Positions 1 to 8,825 of a stretch of DNA of 64,000 nt are shown here, in pieces; the first letter of the stretch is position 1; every line of letters begins with the position of its first letter. The stretch lies in the NCBI GenBank assembly GCA_031272275.1, contig JAISUC010000023.1, positions 4,605 to 68,604 of the forward strand, given 5' to 3'. This DNA is from Actinomycetes bacterium. Lineage in GTDB: Bacteria > Actinomycetota > Coriobacteriia > WRKU01 > WQUG01. The notes under the pieces are model-generated. The model saw only the letters and a program-made list of their open reading frames with translations, was not told the DNA's origin and made no database searches. Position numbers and translations under genes: made by a program.

Positions 1-20
1 AATGGTTAAGGGAAGGAATC

Positions 21-96
21 TGGAGCCAGCTGCCGGACTTGAACCGGCGACCTACGCATTACGAGTGCGTTGCTCTACCAACTGAGCTAAGCTGGC
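21..96 (-). tRNA. tRNA-Thr, anticodon CGU, with encoded CCA
   Basis: Reverse complement folds as a cloverleaf: acceptor GCCAGCT/AGCTGGC, D arm GCTC..GAGC, anticodon loop CTCGTAA (CGT), T arm GCCGG TTCAAGT CCGGC, discriminator T, then CCA. Confidence 0.85.
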
Positions 97-207
97 TCGC
101 GAAAAACAAGCCGAAAAAGTATACCATATTCCGCTCACGGGTTGTCTCTGCCCGTTTACCGATTACCGTTGCCGGAACACGCGCCCCCTAAGGTAGTCTT
201 GAAACCT

Positions 208-567
208 ATGCGCGACCAAATCATCATAGCCGCCTTTCTGATCCTGGGCGCCGCCTTTGCTCTGTTTGGGCTGTCGATGTCGTGGCTGCTGTCACCGACG
301 CGACCGACCCACGGCAAAGGCATCACCTACGAATCGGGCGTCGACCCCATCGGCTTGCCGTGGATCCGATTCCGCCCGGGATACTTCATCTATGCGATTC
401 TGTACGTGGTATTCGACATCGAAACGGTGTTTCTGTATCCCTGGGCGGTCAGCCTGGGTGCGCAGGGCACCGGCTGGTTCATCCTGATCGAGATGGTCCT
501 GTTCGTGGTCATCTTGCTGGGCGGGCTGTTCTACGCGTGGAAAGAGGGCTCGCTGAAATGGCACTAG
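208..567 (+). CDS. nuoA: NADH-quinone oxidoreductase subunit A
   Basis: Three TM helices and NuoA-like sequence (YPWAV.., LFYAWKEG). ATG 208 gives a typical NuoA N-terminus MRDQIIIAAFLILG; the track ORF starts at a TTG at 142 with no RBS. Confidence 0.75.
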   Translation: MRDQIIIAAFLILGAAFALFGLSMSWLLSPTRPTHGKGITYESGVDPIGLPWIRFRPGYFIYAILYVVFDIETVFLYPWAVSLGAQGTGWFILIEMVLFVVILLGGLFYAWKEGSLKWH

Positions 568-1208
568 ACCGCATCTTCGGCGAACACTCGATGGTCTTCA
601 TCCGCAGCGAGCAGCTGTTTGACTGGGCACGCGCCCGCAGCCTGTGGTACCAGAGCTTCGGTATCGCCTGCTGCAGCATCGAGGGCCTGATCAGCGCATC
701 CGGCCCGCGTTTCGATTTCGACCGCCACGGCGTGTTTTTCCGCGGTGTGCCGCGCCAGTCCGACGTCATGATTGTCGCCGGCACCGTCAACCGCAAAATG
801 GCGCCGGTCGTCCGCCGCCTGTATGAACAGATGCCCGAGCCGCGCTACGTCGTCAGCATGGGCGCCTGCGCGAACACGGGTGGCCCCTTCCGCGAATACC
901 CCAACGTCCTGCTGGGCGTGAACGAAGTCATCCCCGTCGACATTTACGTTCCCGGCTGCCCCCCGCGTCCCGAATCGGTTCAGTACGCGTTCTTGCAGCT
1001 GCGCGAAAAGATTTATGCCCAGACCGACGCACGGCTCGAGGCCCGCCGGCGTGCTCGCGCGGGTCTACCTCCGATTGATACGGCTGACAATGCGGGGGAG
1101 TGCGTCCCGACGTCACCGTCTGACGCGACCTCCGTCGCACCGGTCGCCGATGCGGGCTCTGCCGATGCTGCCGACGCACAGGCCAACTCACGGGATGCCG
1201 CCGCATGA
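558..1208 (+). CDS. nuoB: NADH-quinone oxidoreductase subunit B (about 60-aa Ala/Asp-rich C-terminal tail)
   Basis: Fe-S motifs CCSIEG, GACANTGG, VPGCPP. ATG 558 overlaps the nuoA stop by 10 nt; the upstream part of track ORF 282 is out-of-frame overlap with nuoA. Confidence 0.85.
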   Translation: MALDRIFGEHSMVFIRSEQLFDWARARSLWYQSFGIACCSIEGLISASGPRFDFDRHGVFFRGVPRQSDVMIVAGTVNRKMAPVVRRLYEQMPEPRYVVSMGACANTGGPFREYPNVLLGVNEVIPVDIYVPGCPPRPESVQYAFLQLREKIYAQTDARLEARRRARAGLPPIDTADNAGECVPTSPSDATSVAPVADAGSADAADAQANSRDAAA

Positions 1209-1675
1209 TGATTCGCACCGACCATACACTGCTACAGACCGCGTTGGATGCCGCAGGCGTCTCTGCGGCCGAAATCACCGATCACCCGCAGCTGGGAACG
1301 CTGGTCGTCTTGGCCGATTCGGGCATGACGCCGACTGCGCTGGCCGCACTCAAAGCCGCCGGCTTCGAGCAGCTGATCGACACCTTCGGTGCCGACATCG
1401 ACGGGCAGGTCCAGGCGACCTATCGTCTGCGCAGCCTGTCGCTGAACGTGGACGTAACGCTACGTACACAGTTGGATTACGGCGCGACGCTGCGCTCGGT
1501 CACGGACAGTTACGCGTCCGCCCTGTTGGCGGAACGCGAGCTCTGCGAGATGTTCGGTCTGACTTTGACCGGGCACCCCAATCCGAAACGACTGTTGACC
1601 ATCGATGGCGCTCCGCCGTTTTTGCGTAAAGAGGTAGGTTTGCGGACGAAAGAGGAACTGTGGCAGAACAGCTGA
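1205..1675 (+). CDS. nuoC: NADH-quinone oxidoreductase subunit C (short 30-kDa-subunit homolog)
   Basis: Position between nuoB and nuoD, ATGA start/stop overlap with nuoB, NuoC-like C-terminal LTIDGAPPFLRKE. Confidence 0.7.
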   Translation: MMIRTDHTLLQTALDAAGVSAAEITDHPQLGTLVVLADSGMTPTALAALKAAGFEQLIDTFGADIDGQVQATYRLRSLSLNVDVTLRTQLDYGATLRSVTDSYASALLAERELCEMFGLTLTGHPNPKRLLTIDGAPPFLRKEVGLRTKEELWQNS

Positions 1676-2964
1676 CACAGGATACGACACCGGACACGTC
1701 ACTGGACATCCTGCGGGACCTGACCGCCGACTCCACAGTCGAGGTCGTCTCTGCCGAAGAGCTCGCAGCCGGTTACGAGAACGCCGGTTGGTTGACACCG
1801 GACGGCACGCCACCTGCAGGTATCACCGTTCCGCGCAACATCCGGCGCATCGCAGACGACCCACATCAGCTGACGACCGATCACTATTTGCTGAATATGG
1901 GACCCCAGCACCCCTCCACACACGGTGTTTTGCGCGTGGTGCTCGAACTGGACGGCGAGCGCATCATGTCGAGCGAGGCCCACGTGGGTCAGTTGCATCG
2001 TGGCATCGAGAAACTGGCAGAGACACGCCGTTACGGTCAGCTGGGCAGCCTGTTTGACCGTGCCGACTATGTCAGCGGCATTCATACCGAGCTCGCCTTG
2101 GCATTGGCAACCGAAGAGCTCGCCGAAATCGAGGTTCCCGCACGTGCGCAATGGCTGCGCGTGCTGATGGGGGAGATCAACCGTTGTGCCAGCCACTATC
2201 TGTGGATGGGTCCGACCGGACTGGACAGCGGCGCGATGGGCATCTTCCTCTTTATGATGTATGACCGTGAAAAATGGTTGGATATTCTGGAGGAAGTCAC
2301 CGGCCAGCGCATGATGTTCAACTACGTGCGTCCCGGTGGGGTCATCGCCGACATCACCCCGCGCGCGGTGCAGTTGATCGACGAGTACTTGGCAGAGGCC
2401 GATGCGCGTCTGGATGAGCACTGGGACAACCTGTATGAATCCGAGATCTTCCAGCAACGTACACAGGGCATCGGGGTCGTCACCAAACAGGATGCGTTGG
2501 ATTTCGGCGCGAGCGGCTTTATTCTGCGTGCCTCCGGCGTTGACTGGGATCTGCGACGCGACCGCCCCTACAGTGCGTACGACCGGTTTGAATTCGACGT
2601 CATGACGCGTGACGAGGGCGATATTTACGCCCGCATGGTATGCCGTCTGGACGAGGTACGCCAATCGCATCGCATTATCCGTCAGTGTTTGGCGGGCCTG
2701 CCCGAAGGCGACTACATGGCAAAGCTGCCCAAGGTCCTGCGGGTGCCCGCCGGCGAGGCATGCGGCATTGTCGAGGGTCCGCGCGGCGAGCTTGCGGTAC
2801 ACATCTATGCGGACGGCAGCGACAAACCGCTGCGTGCACATATCCGCCCACCCACCCAGTATGCGCTGAACATTGCGGACACGGTGCTGCCCGGTCAACT
2901 GTTGGCGGATGCCATCGTCAGCTTGGGATCGTTTGACTTTTGCTTTGGCGAGGTGGACCGCTGA
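1660..2964 (+). CDS. nuoD: NADH-quinone oxidoreductase subunit D (49-kDa subunit)
   Basis: LNMGPQHPSTHGVLRVVLELDGE and NiFe-hydrogenase-like large-subunit signature; about 75-aa N-terminal extension, start uncertain. Confidence 0.85.
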   Translation: MAEQLTQDTTPDTSLDILRDLTADSTVEVVSAEELAAGYENAGWLTPDGTPPAGITVPRNIRRIADDPHQLTTDHYLLNMGPQHPSTHGVLRVVLELDGERIMSSEAHVGQLHRGIEKLAETRRYGQLGSLFDRADYVSGIHTELALALATEELAEIEVPARAQWLRVLMGEINRCASHYLWMGPTGLDSGAMGIFLFMMYDREKWLDILEEVTGQRMMFNYVRPGGVIADITPRAVQLIDEYLAEADARLDEHWDNLYESEIFQQRTQGIGVVTKQDALDFGASGFILRASGVDWDLRRDRPYSAYDRFEFDVMTRDEGDIYARMVCRLDEVRQSHRIIRQCLAGLPEGDYMAKLPKVLRVPAGEACGIVEGPRGELAVHIYADGSDKPLRAHIRPPTQYALNIADTVLPGQLLADAIVSLGSFDFCFGEVDR

Positions 2965-3968
2965 TGGCGATGTGGCTGAAAGCGCTGTTGTTTGCCCTGG
3001 TCGGTATCGTGGTGATGCTGGTCAACGGTGCCTTTATCATCTATATGCTGCGTAAGGTTCTGGGTCATGCCCACCTGCGCCTGGGGCCGACCGAATTGGG
3101 TCCTGCGGGCTTGGCACAACTGATCCCCGATATCCTGAAACTGCTGACCAAAGAGGATCGGCACCCCAACCAAACGGACAAGTGGTTGTATTGCCTGGCG
3201 CCGATTATCGTGTTTGTGCCCTCGCTTACGGCATTCGCCTTTATCCCCTATGGGGAAAAGCTGGTCGCGGCAAACCCGAATCTGGGGCTGCTGATGATGA
3301 TTGCCTTTCTGTCGGTGGTGCCGATCGGCATATTTGCCGCCGGTTGGGCCAGCCGCAATAAATACGCCCTGATCGGGGCGATGCGCTCGGTGGGCGGCGC
3401 AATCAGTTACGAGATCCCGCTGCTCTTGGCGGCTTTGGCACCCGTGATGCTGTCGGGCAGCGCGAATCTGTCGGACATCGTACACGCTCAGGCGGGCGGT
3501 ATTTGGTATATCCTGCCCTGTTTGCCCAGTGCGGTGATTTTTTTCCTGTGCGCGCAGATGGAGACGAACCAGACGCCCTTTGATATGGCGGAGGCCGAAG
3601 GCGAGCTGGTGGCAGGTTTCAGTACGGAGTATTCCGCGATGCGGTTCGGCTTTATGTATCTGTCCGAGTTCGCCGGAAACTTCACGATGGCGGCGTTGAT
3701 TGCTACCCTGTTCTTGGGTGGCTGGACGCTGCCGGGCGTGGATCCGGCGACAATGGGCGTGTTCGGACCGGTCGTGCTGGTGTTGAAGACGTATCTGGTC
3801 ATTTTCTGCTTCATGATGGTACGCGGAAACTTCAGCCGCTATCGCGTCGATCAGTATGCGGCGCTGGGCTGGAAGAAATTGATTCCGATTACCCTGGGCT
3901 GGACTTTGCTGTTGGCGGTCATCCTGAAAGTCCTGCAGATGGTGGGTCTGTGGGGGGGGTGGAGCTGA
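2964..3968 (+). CDS. nuoH: NADH-quinone oxidoreductase subunit H
   Basis: Polytopic membrane protein with LGPTELGPAGLAQ and GWASRNKYALIGAMRS motifs; ATG 2964 overlaps the nuoD stop (ATGA). Confidence 0.85.
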   Translation: MAMWLKALLFALVGIVVMLVNGAFIIYMLRKVLGHAHLRLGPTELGPAGLAQLIPDILKLLTKEDRHPNQTDKWLYCLAPIIVFVPSLTAFAFIPYGEKLVAANPNLGLLMMIAFLSVVPIGIFAAGWASRNKYALIGAMRSVGGAISYEIPLLLAALAPVMLSGSANLSDIVHAQAGGIWYILPCLPSAVIFFLCAQMETNQTPFDMAEAEGELVAGFSTEYSAMRFGFMYLSEFAGNFTMAALIATLFLGGWTLPGVDPATMGVFGPVVLVLKTYLVIFCFMMVRGNFSRYRVDQYAALGWKKLIPITLGWTLLLAVILKVLQMVGLWGGWS

Positions 3969-4438
3969 TGCCGATGCGCGGTTTGCCCACAGGTATTTTC
4001 AAGTCGCTGCGGATTGCGTTCAAGAACCTGTTCCGCCCGAACATGGTGATTCAGTACCCCAAGCAGCGGGCGATCATCCCCGAGCGCGCGCGCTGGGCGG
4101 TCGAGATTAAACCGGCACAGGATGGCAGCCATCGCTGCCAAGCCTGCCGCATTTGCGAGGGGGCCTGTCCGCATCATTGCATCAAGCTCGATATCACGAC
4201 TGCGGAGGATCGCAGCAAGCACATCGACCACTGGTGGTTTGACCGGGGCAGCTGCATGATGTGCGGACTGTGTGTTGAGGCCTGTCCCTTTGACGCGATT
4301 CGTATGGGCCATGATTACGAGCTTGCACATGCGGACCCGGCGCTGTTGGTGTTGGATTTGCTGCCGGACACGCCGGCTTACGTGCGTCCGAAGCCGGCAC
4401 GCCCCGTCGACCCGAATGCGGGTGATACCGATGCTTAA
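3950..4438 (+). CDS. nuoI: NADH-quinone oxidoreductase subunit I (two 4Fe-4S clusters)
   Basis: Two ferredoxin motifs: CQACRICEGACP and CMMCGLCVEACP. Confidence 0.85.
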   Translation: MGGVELMPMRGLPTGIFKSLRIAFKNLFRPNMVIQYPKQRAIIPERARWAVEIKPAQDGSHRCQACRICEGACPHHCIKLDITTAEDRSKHIDHWWFDRGSCMMCGLCVEACPFDAIRMGHDYELAHADPALLVLDLLPDTPAYVRPKPARPVDPNAGDTDA

Positions 4439-4976
4439 TGCGATTGCTTTCGGCGTGTTGGGATTTGCGCTGTTGTTGGGCGCGGTGAATGCCGTGACTG
4501 CCGGCAACGTGGTGCACGCGGCGTTTTGGTTGCTGGAATGTGCCTGTGCATCCGCCGGTTTCATCTGGTTTTTAGGGGCGGAGTATATCGCGATTATTCA
4601 GCTGCTGGTGTATGCGGGGGCAGTGGGTATTCTGGTGATATTCACGGTCATGGTGACACATCGCAGCTACGAGGACGCCGAGCGTCAGGTTCGGGTGGCG
4701 TGGTTGCCGCTGGTGTTTGCGGCCGCGCTGTTCGGGCTGTTGGCCTATGGGATTTTGACGAATCAGACGCTGGCGTCGATGACATCGGCTGCCGACAGTT
4801 TGACGATAGCCGAATTCGGGCGGCAGATGTTCAGCCCGGACGGCTGGACCTTGGCGTTCGAGATTGCTTCCTTGGTGTTGACGGTGGGCTTGATTGCCGC
4901 CGTTTGGTGGACACGTGACACCGACACCGACGCAGACGGCTCAACGCCTGCAGACACGCAAGGCGGTGATGCATGA
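4431..4976 (+). CDS. nuoJ: NADH-quinone oxidoreductase subunit J
   Basis: ATG 4431 (MLNAIAFGVLG...) after the nuoI stop; NuoJ-like TM helices; acidic C-terminal tail. Confidence 0.75.
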   Translation: MLNAIAFGVLGFALLLGAVNAVTAGNVVHAAFWLLECACASAGFIWFLGAEYIAIIQLLVYAGAVGILVIFTVMVTHRSYEDAERQVRVAWLPLVFAAALFGLLAYGILTNQTLASMTSAADSLTIAEFGRQMFSPDGWTLAFEIASLVLTVGLIAAVWWTRDTDTDADGSTPADTQGGDA

Positions 4977-5290
4977 TGCCGACGGTCGGTTTGACGGCGG
5001 TGGTGTTGCTGGCGGCGGCCCTGTTTGCGATTGGGCTGTACGGCGCGATATCGAATGACAGCGCCATCGGCATTTTGATTTCTCTCGAGATTATGGCTAT
5101 CTCGATCACGGTGAACCTGATGGGTTTTGCACGATTCTCATCGGTCGCACAGGCGAACGCTTGGTTTTTCAGCGTGTTTTTGATGGTTATCACCGCGGCC
5201 GAGATCGGTATCGGTTTGGCGTTGGTGGTGGCGGTCTATCGCCGTGCGCGCACCAGCGAGGTCGACGATTTGAGCGAGTTGAAGGGATAA
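4973..5290 (+). CDS. nuoK: NADH-quinone oxidoreductase subunit K
   Basis: About 100 aa with three TM helices, LISLEIMAISITVNL motif, ATGA overlap with nuoJ. Confidence 0.8.
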   Translation: MMPTVGLTAVVLLAAALFAIGLYGAISNDSAIGILISLEIMAISITVNLMGFARFSSVAQANAWFFSVFLMVITAAEIGIGLALVVAVYRRARTSEVDDLSELKG

Positions 5291-5293
5291 GCG

Positions 5294-7303
5294 GTGGAAC
5301 ACGTCGCCCAAAACCTGAACCTGTGGTGGGTGCTGTTGGTGCCCCTGTTGCCGGCGGCGGCCTTTGTGGTTTTGCTGCCGATGTCGCGCCGTGTGCGCAA
5401 TGCCTGCCGCTTTGTACCCATTGCCGCGATGGTGGTGGCATTGGGTCTCTCGATAGCGGCGGCGGTGCAGGTGTATCCCGGCAGCCACATCGGCGAGCCC
5501 TTCTGGCAGGTCGCTTGGCAACTTGCCACGCTGGGGGGGCATGCGGTCACCATCAGCTTTGCGGTTGACAGCTTGGCGGTGCTGATGCTGGTGATGGTCT
5601 GTATCGTCGGTATCTGTGTGCAGATCTTTTCGCTGTTCTATATGAAGGACGACGACCGGCGCGGATGGTTCTTTTGTGTGATGGCGCTGTTTTTGGCCGC
5701 CATGCTGGGCTTTGTCCTGTCGGGCAGCCTGTTGGTGGAATTCGCGCTCTGGGAAATCATGGGTGTTTGCAGCTACCTGTTGATCGGGTTTTGGTATCGC
5801 GACGAGGCTCCGCGCAAAGCATCGCAAAAGGCGTTTTTGGTCACCCGTACCGGCGACGTCGGCTTTTTCGTGGCACTGGCAGCCATTTATGCCGCCTGTG
5901 GCAGCTTTGAATTCGAGCATATTTTTGCGACGGTGGCGAACTGGTCGCCTGCGCTCTTGATGGTTTCCAGTATCGGTCTGATATGGGCCGCCATCGGTAA
6001 GTCGGCACAGATTCCGCTGTCTGCGTGGTTGCCCGATGCGATGGCCGGACCCACCCCCGGTAGCGCCCTGATTCACGCGGCTACGATGGTGGTGGCAGGC
6101 GTCTTTATGCTGACGCGGATGCTGCCCGTGCTGACGCTGAATCCGCTGGCCATGCAGATTATTCTGGTGGTCGGAATCATCACTGCCCTCTACGGAGCAA
6201 TACTCGCCTGTTTCCAGACGGACCTGAAAAAGGTCCTGGCGTTTTCGACCATCAGCCAGTTGGGCTATATGGTGGCTGCCATCGGTGTGGGTTCAGCCAC
6301 CGCTGCGGTCTTTCACCTGACGACACATGCGTTCTTTAAGGCGCTGCTGTTTCTGACCGCGGGTATCATCATCCATGCCACCCACACGCAGGACATGCGC
6401 CAGATGGGTGGGCTGGCCCGGCGTATGCCCATCACCACGGTTGTCTGGACCATCGGGGCATTTTCGCTTGCGGGCGTGTTGCCGCTCTCGGGCTTTTTCT
6501 CGAAAGACGAGATATTTACGGTGATCTGGCATTCGGGTCAGTATTGGGCGTTCGCCGGGGCTGCCGCAGTCGGCGTTTTGACCTCGCTCTATGTGGTCAA
6601 GACTTGGTTTACCGTGTTCTTTGGAAACAGCTGCAACGTGAATGCGCACGAGGGCACGGCGACCGAACTGGTTCCGGTGTCGATACTGGCGGCGCTGACG
6701 CTGGTCTGCGGTTTTCTGACCATCCCGCTGGCGCGATTCTTAGGGCACGAGGGCGAGTGGCCGTCACTGACCATGGCGGCGACCTCGACTGCGGTTATGC
6801 TGTGCGGAGCCGCCCTGGGTTACACCATCTATGCGCGCCAGCGTTCGACCGAGCGGCTCAAGCAGATTTTCAATGTCGTGGTGTCGGCTGCAGACGCCCG
6901 GTTCTATCTGGATTGGGTGTATGACACGTTCTTTATCCGGCCCTATTTTTGGCTGTCCGAGGCACTGTGGAAACTCGACGCCGTGATTATCGACGGCGCA
7001 GTCAACGGGGTCGCCTGGCTGTATCGCGGCTTGACGCGCCTGATCAACCTGTTGGATGCGCGCATTATCGACGGCGCGGTCAACGGGGCTGCGTGGCTGT
7101 ATCGCGCGCTGACCCGCGGGGCACAGTGGTTTGACAGCACCGTCATCGACGGGATCGTCAACGGGTTGGGGACGCTCTCCCGCGCAATCGGCGCAGCCTT
7201 GCGTCGCGTGCAAACGGGACATTTACAAAGGTATCAACGCCTGATCGTGGGCGCCGCAGTAGTAATAGTTGCCGTACTGGTTTTGGTTTTGAGGTTCCTG
7301 TAA
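5294..7303 (+). CDS. nuoL: NADH-quinone oxidoreductase subunit L (antiporter-like) with triplicated 26-aa repeat before the last TM
   Basis: NuoL/MrpA-type core (WLPDAMAGPTPGSALIHAATMV). C-terminal amphipathic region ends LRRVQTGHLQRYQ plus a final TM. Three tandem 78-bp repeats encode IIDGAVNG... segments. Confidence 0.85.
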   Translation: MEHVAQNLNLWWVLLVPLLPAAAFVVLLPMSRRVRNACRFVPIAAMVVALGLSIAAAVQVYPGSHIGEPFWQVAWQLATLGGHAVTISFAVDSLAVLMLVMVCIVGICVQIFSLFYMKDDDRRGWFFCVMALFLAAMLGFVLSGSLLVEFALWEIMGVCSYLLIGFWYRDEAPRKASQKAFLVTRTGDVGFFVALAAIYAACGSFEFEHIFATVANWSPALLMVSSIGLIWAAIGKSAQIPLSAWLPDAMAGPTPGSALIHAATMVVAGVFMLTRMLPVLTLNPLAMQIILVVGIITALYGAILACFQTDLKKVLAFSTISQLGYMVAAIGVGSATAAVFHLTTHAFFKALLFLTAGIIIHATHTQDMRQMGGLARRMPITTVVWTIGAFSLAGVLPLSGFFSKDEIFTVIWHSGQYWAFAGAAAVGVLTSLYVVKTWFTVFFGNSCNVNAHEGTATELVPVSILAALTLVCGFLTIPLARFLGHEGEWPSLTMAATSTAVMLCGAALGYTIYARQRSTERLKQIFNVVVSAADARFYLDWVYDTFFIRPYFWLSEALWKLDAVIIDGAVNGVAWLYRGLTRLINLLDARIIDGAVNGAAWLYRALTRGAQWFDSTVIDGIVNGLGTLSRAIGAALRRVQTGHLQRYQRLIVGAAVVIVAVLVLVLRFL

Positions 7304-7330
7304 ACGGAACGTGATGGAAAGGACTCGACT

Positions 7331-8818
7331 GTGTTGTTGACCATCATCATAGCACTGCCCTTGCTGGGAGTATTGATTTCCGCGCTGTTGCCGCACCGTG
7401 CCGAGTCGGGCGCAAAGTGGGTCGCTCTGCTGGTGACGGGGGCGGATTTTGTGCTCGCGGCATGGCAGCTGGTCCAGCGGGGGATTACGGGAACGACGGG
7501 CATGCAGCTCGAGACCAGCCTGTCGTGGATTCCGCAATTGTCGGTGCATTACCACATCGGTGTCGACGGCCTGTCGCTGCCACTGTTGGTGTTGTCCACC
7601 CTGCTGTGTTTTTTGGCGGTGCTGGCGTCCTGGAAAATCACGGTCAAGCCGCGCTTTTATTTCGCGATGCTCTGCCTGCTGTCGCTGGGTCTGAACGGCG
7701 TGTTCACCGCGCTCGATCTGGTGCTGTTCTATGTGTTCTGGGAGGTCGTGCTGGTTCCGATGTACTTCCTCATCTCGCAATGGGGCGGCGAGCGGCGCCA
7801 GTATGCCTCGATCAAGTTCTTCCTGTATACCTTCTTTGGGTCGGTGTTCATGCTGGTTGCGATTGTGGCACTGTATCTGTACACCGGGTCCTTTGATTTG
7901 ACGCAGCTGCGCGATTTGATCGCACAGACGGCGGCGCTGAAAGGTGCCGGTATCGGCAGCATCCAGTGGTGGCTGTTCGGGGCGTTTTTCCTGGGCTTTG
8001 CGGTCAAGGTGCCCATCTGGCCGCTGCACACCTGGTTGCCCGACGCCCACGTCGAGGCTCCGACAGCCGGATCGGTTCTATTGGCAGGTATCATGCTGAA
8101 AATGGGCACCTATGGCTTCCTGCGAATTTCGGTGCCGCTGCTGCCACAGGGATTCAGCGGCTGGCAGCTGATCTTGGGAATACTTGCGGTCATCAGCATC
8201 GTGTACGGCGCGGTGGTCGCATTTGCGCAAAAAGACGTCAAGAAACTGGTCGCCTATTCCTCGGTCAGTCACATGGGCTTTGCGATGCTGGGAATCGCCG
8301 CCGGGACCGCCGAAGGGTTCAACGCCGCGATGGCGGTGAACATCAGCCACGGGCTTTGCACCGGCATGTTGTTCCTGTTGGTGGGTATGGTGTATGAACG
8401 TACCCACACACGCCAGATCAAAGATCTGTCGGGCATTGCGGCACAGATGCCGGTGTATGCGGGGATATTCTGTTTCGCCTCGTTTGCCAGCATGGGGCTG
8501 CCCCTGTTGTCCGGGTTCGTCGGGGAGTTCCTGACGATGGTCGGTAGCTGGAAAAGCCCGGCACTGCCCGGCATCATCACCGTCATCGCCGGTTTGGGCA
8601 TTCTGTGCGGTGGGGCGTATATGCTGTGGTTGATGCAGCGGATGATTTTCGGTAACCCGACACCGGCAGTCGAGGGACAGCCGGATATCACCCTGCGCGA
8701 GATTCTCTGTGTCGTGCCGCTGGCGGCACTGGTGCTGGTGATTGGCCTTTCCTGGAATACGCTGTTGCAGTTCACCGACCCGTTTGCAGCGGCACTGGTG
8801 AAGATCCTGGGAGCATAG
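7331..8818 (+). CDS. nuoM: NADH-quinone oxidoreductase subunit M
   Basis: Antiporter-like subunit, WLPDAHVEAPTAGSVLLAGIMLKMGTYG motif. Confidence 0.85.
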   Translation: MLLTIIIALPLLGVLISALLPHRAESGAKWVALLVTGADFVLAAWQLVQRGITGTTGMQLETSLSWIPQLSVHYHIGVDGLSLPLLVLSTLLCFLAVLASWKITVKPRFYFAMLCLLSLGLNGVFTALDLVLFYVFWEVVLVPMYFLISQWGGERRQYASIKFFLYTFFGSVFMLVAIVALYLYTGSFDLTQLRDLIAQTAALKGAGIGSIQWWLFGAFFLGFAVKVPIWPLHTWLPDAHVEAPTAGSVLLAGIMLKMGTYGFLRISVPLLPQGFSGWQLILGILAVISIVYGAVVAFAQKDVKKLVAYSSVSHMGFAMLGIAAGTAEGFNAAMAVNISHGLCTGMLFLLVGMVYERTHTRQIKDLSGIAAQMPVYAGIFCFASFASMGLPLLSGFVGEFLTMVGSWKSPALPGIITVIAGLGILCGGAYMLWLMQRMIFGNPTPAVEGQPDITLREILCVVPLAALVLVIGLSWNTLLQFTDPFAAALVKILGA

Positions 8819-8825
8819 GAGTACT

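Noticed and set aside
142-207. Longer nuoA start (TTG 142) from the ORF track.
   Set aside because: No RBS, and it adds a non-conserved 22-aa N-terminus. ATG 208 gives a canonical NuoA N-terminus.
282-557. Upstream part of the 308-aa ORF 282-1208.
   Set aside because: Out-of-frame overlap with nuoA; NuoB homology and an ATG with overlap-coupling begin at 558.
1699-2898. 399-aa ORF on the - strand antisense to nuoD. Similar long antisense ORFs: 33878-35851 opposite gap/pgk, 15645-16778 opposite ltaE, 10538-11467 opposite degV, 53715-54767 opposite hemA, 11590-12600 opposite phoH.
   Set aside because: Typical stop-codon-poor antisense frames of high-GC DNA. Each lies opposite a gene with strong family signatures, and their translations are low-complexity with no motifs.
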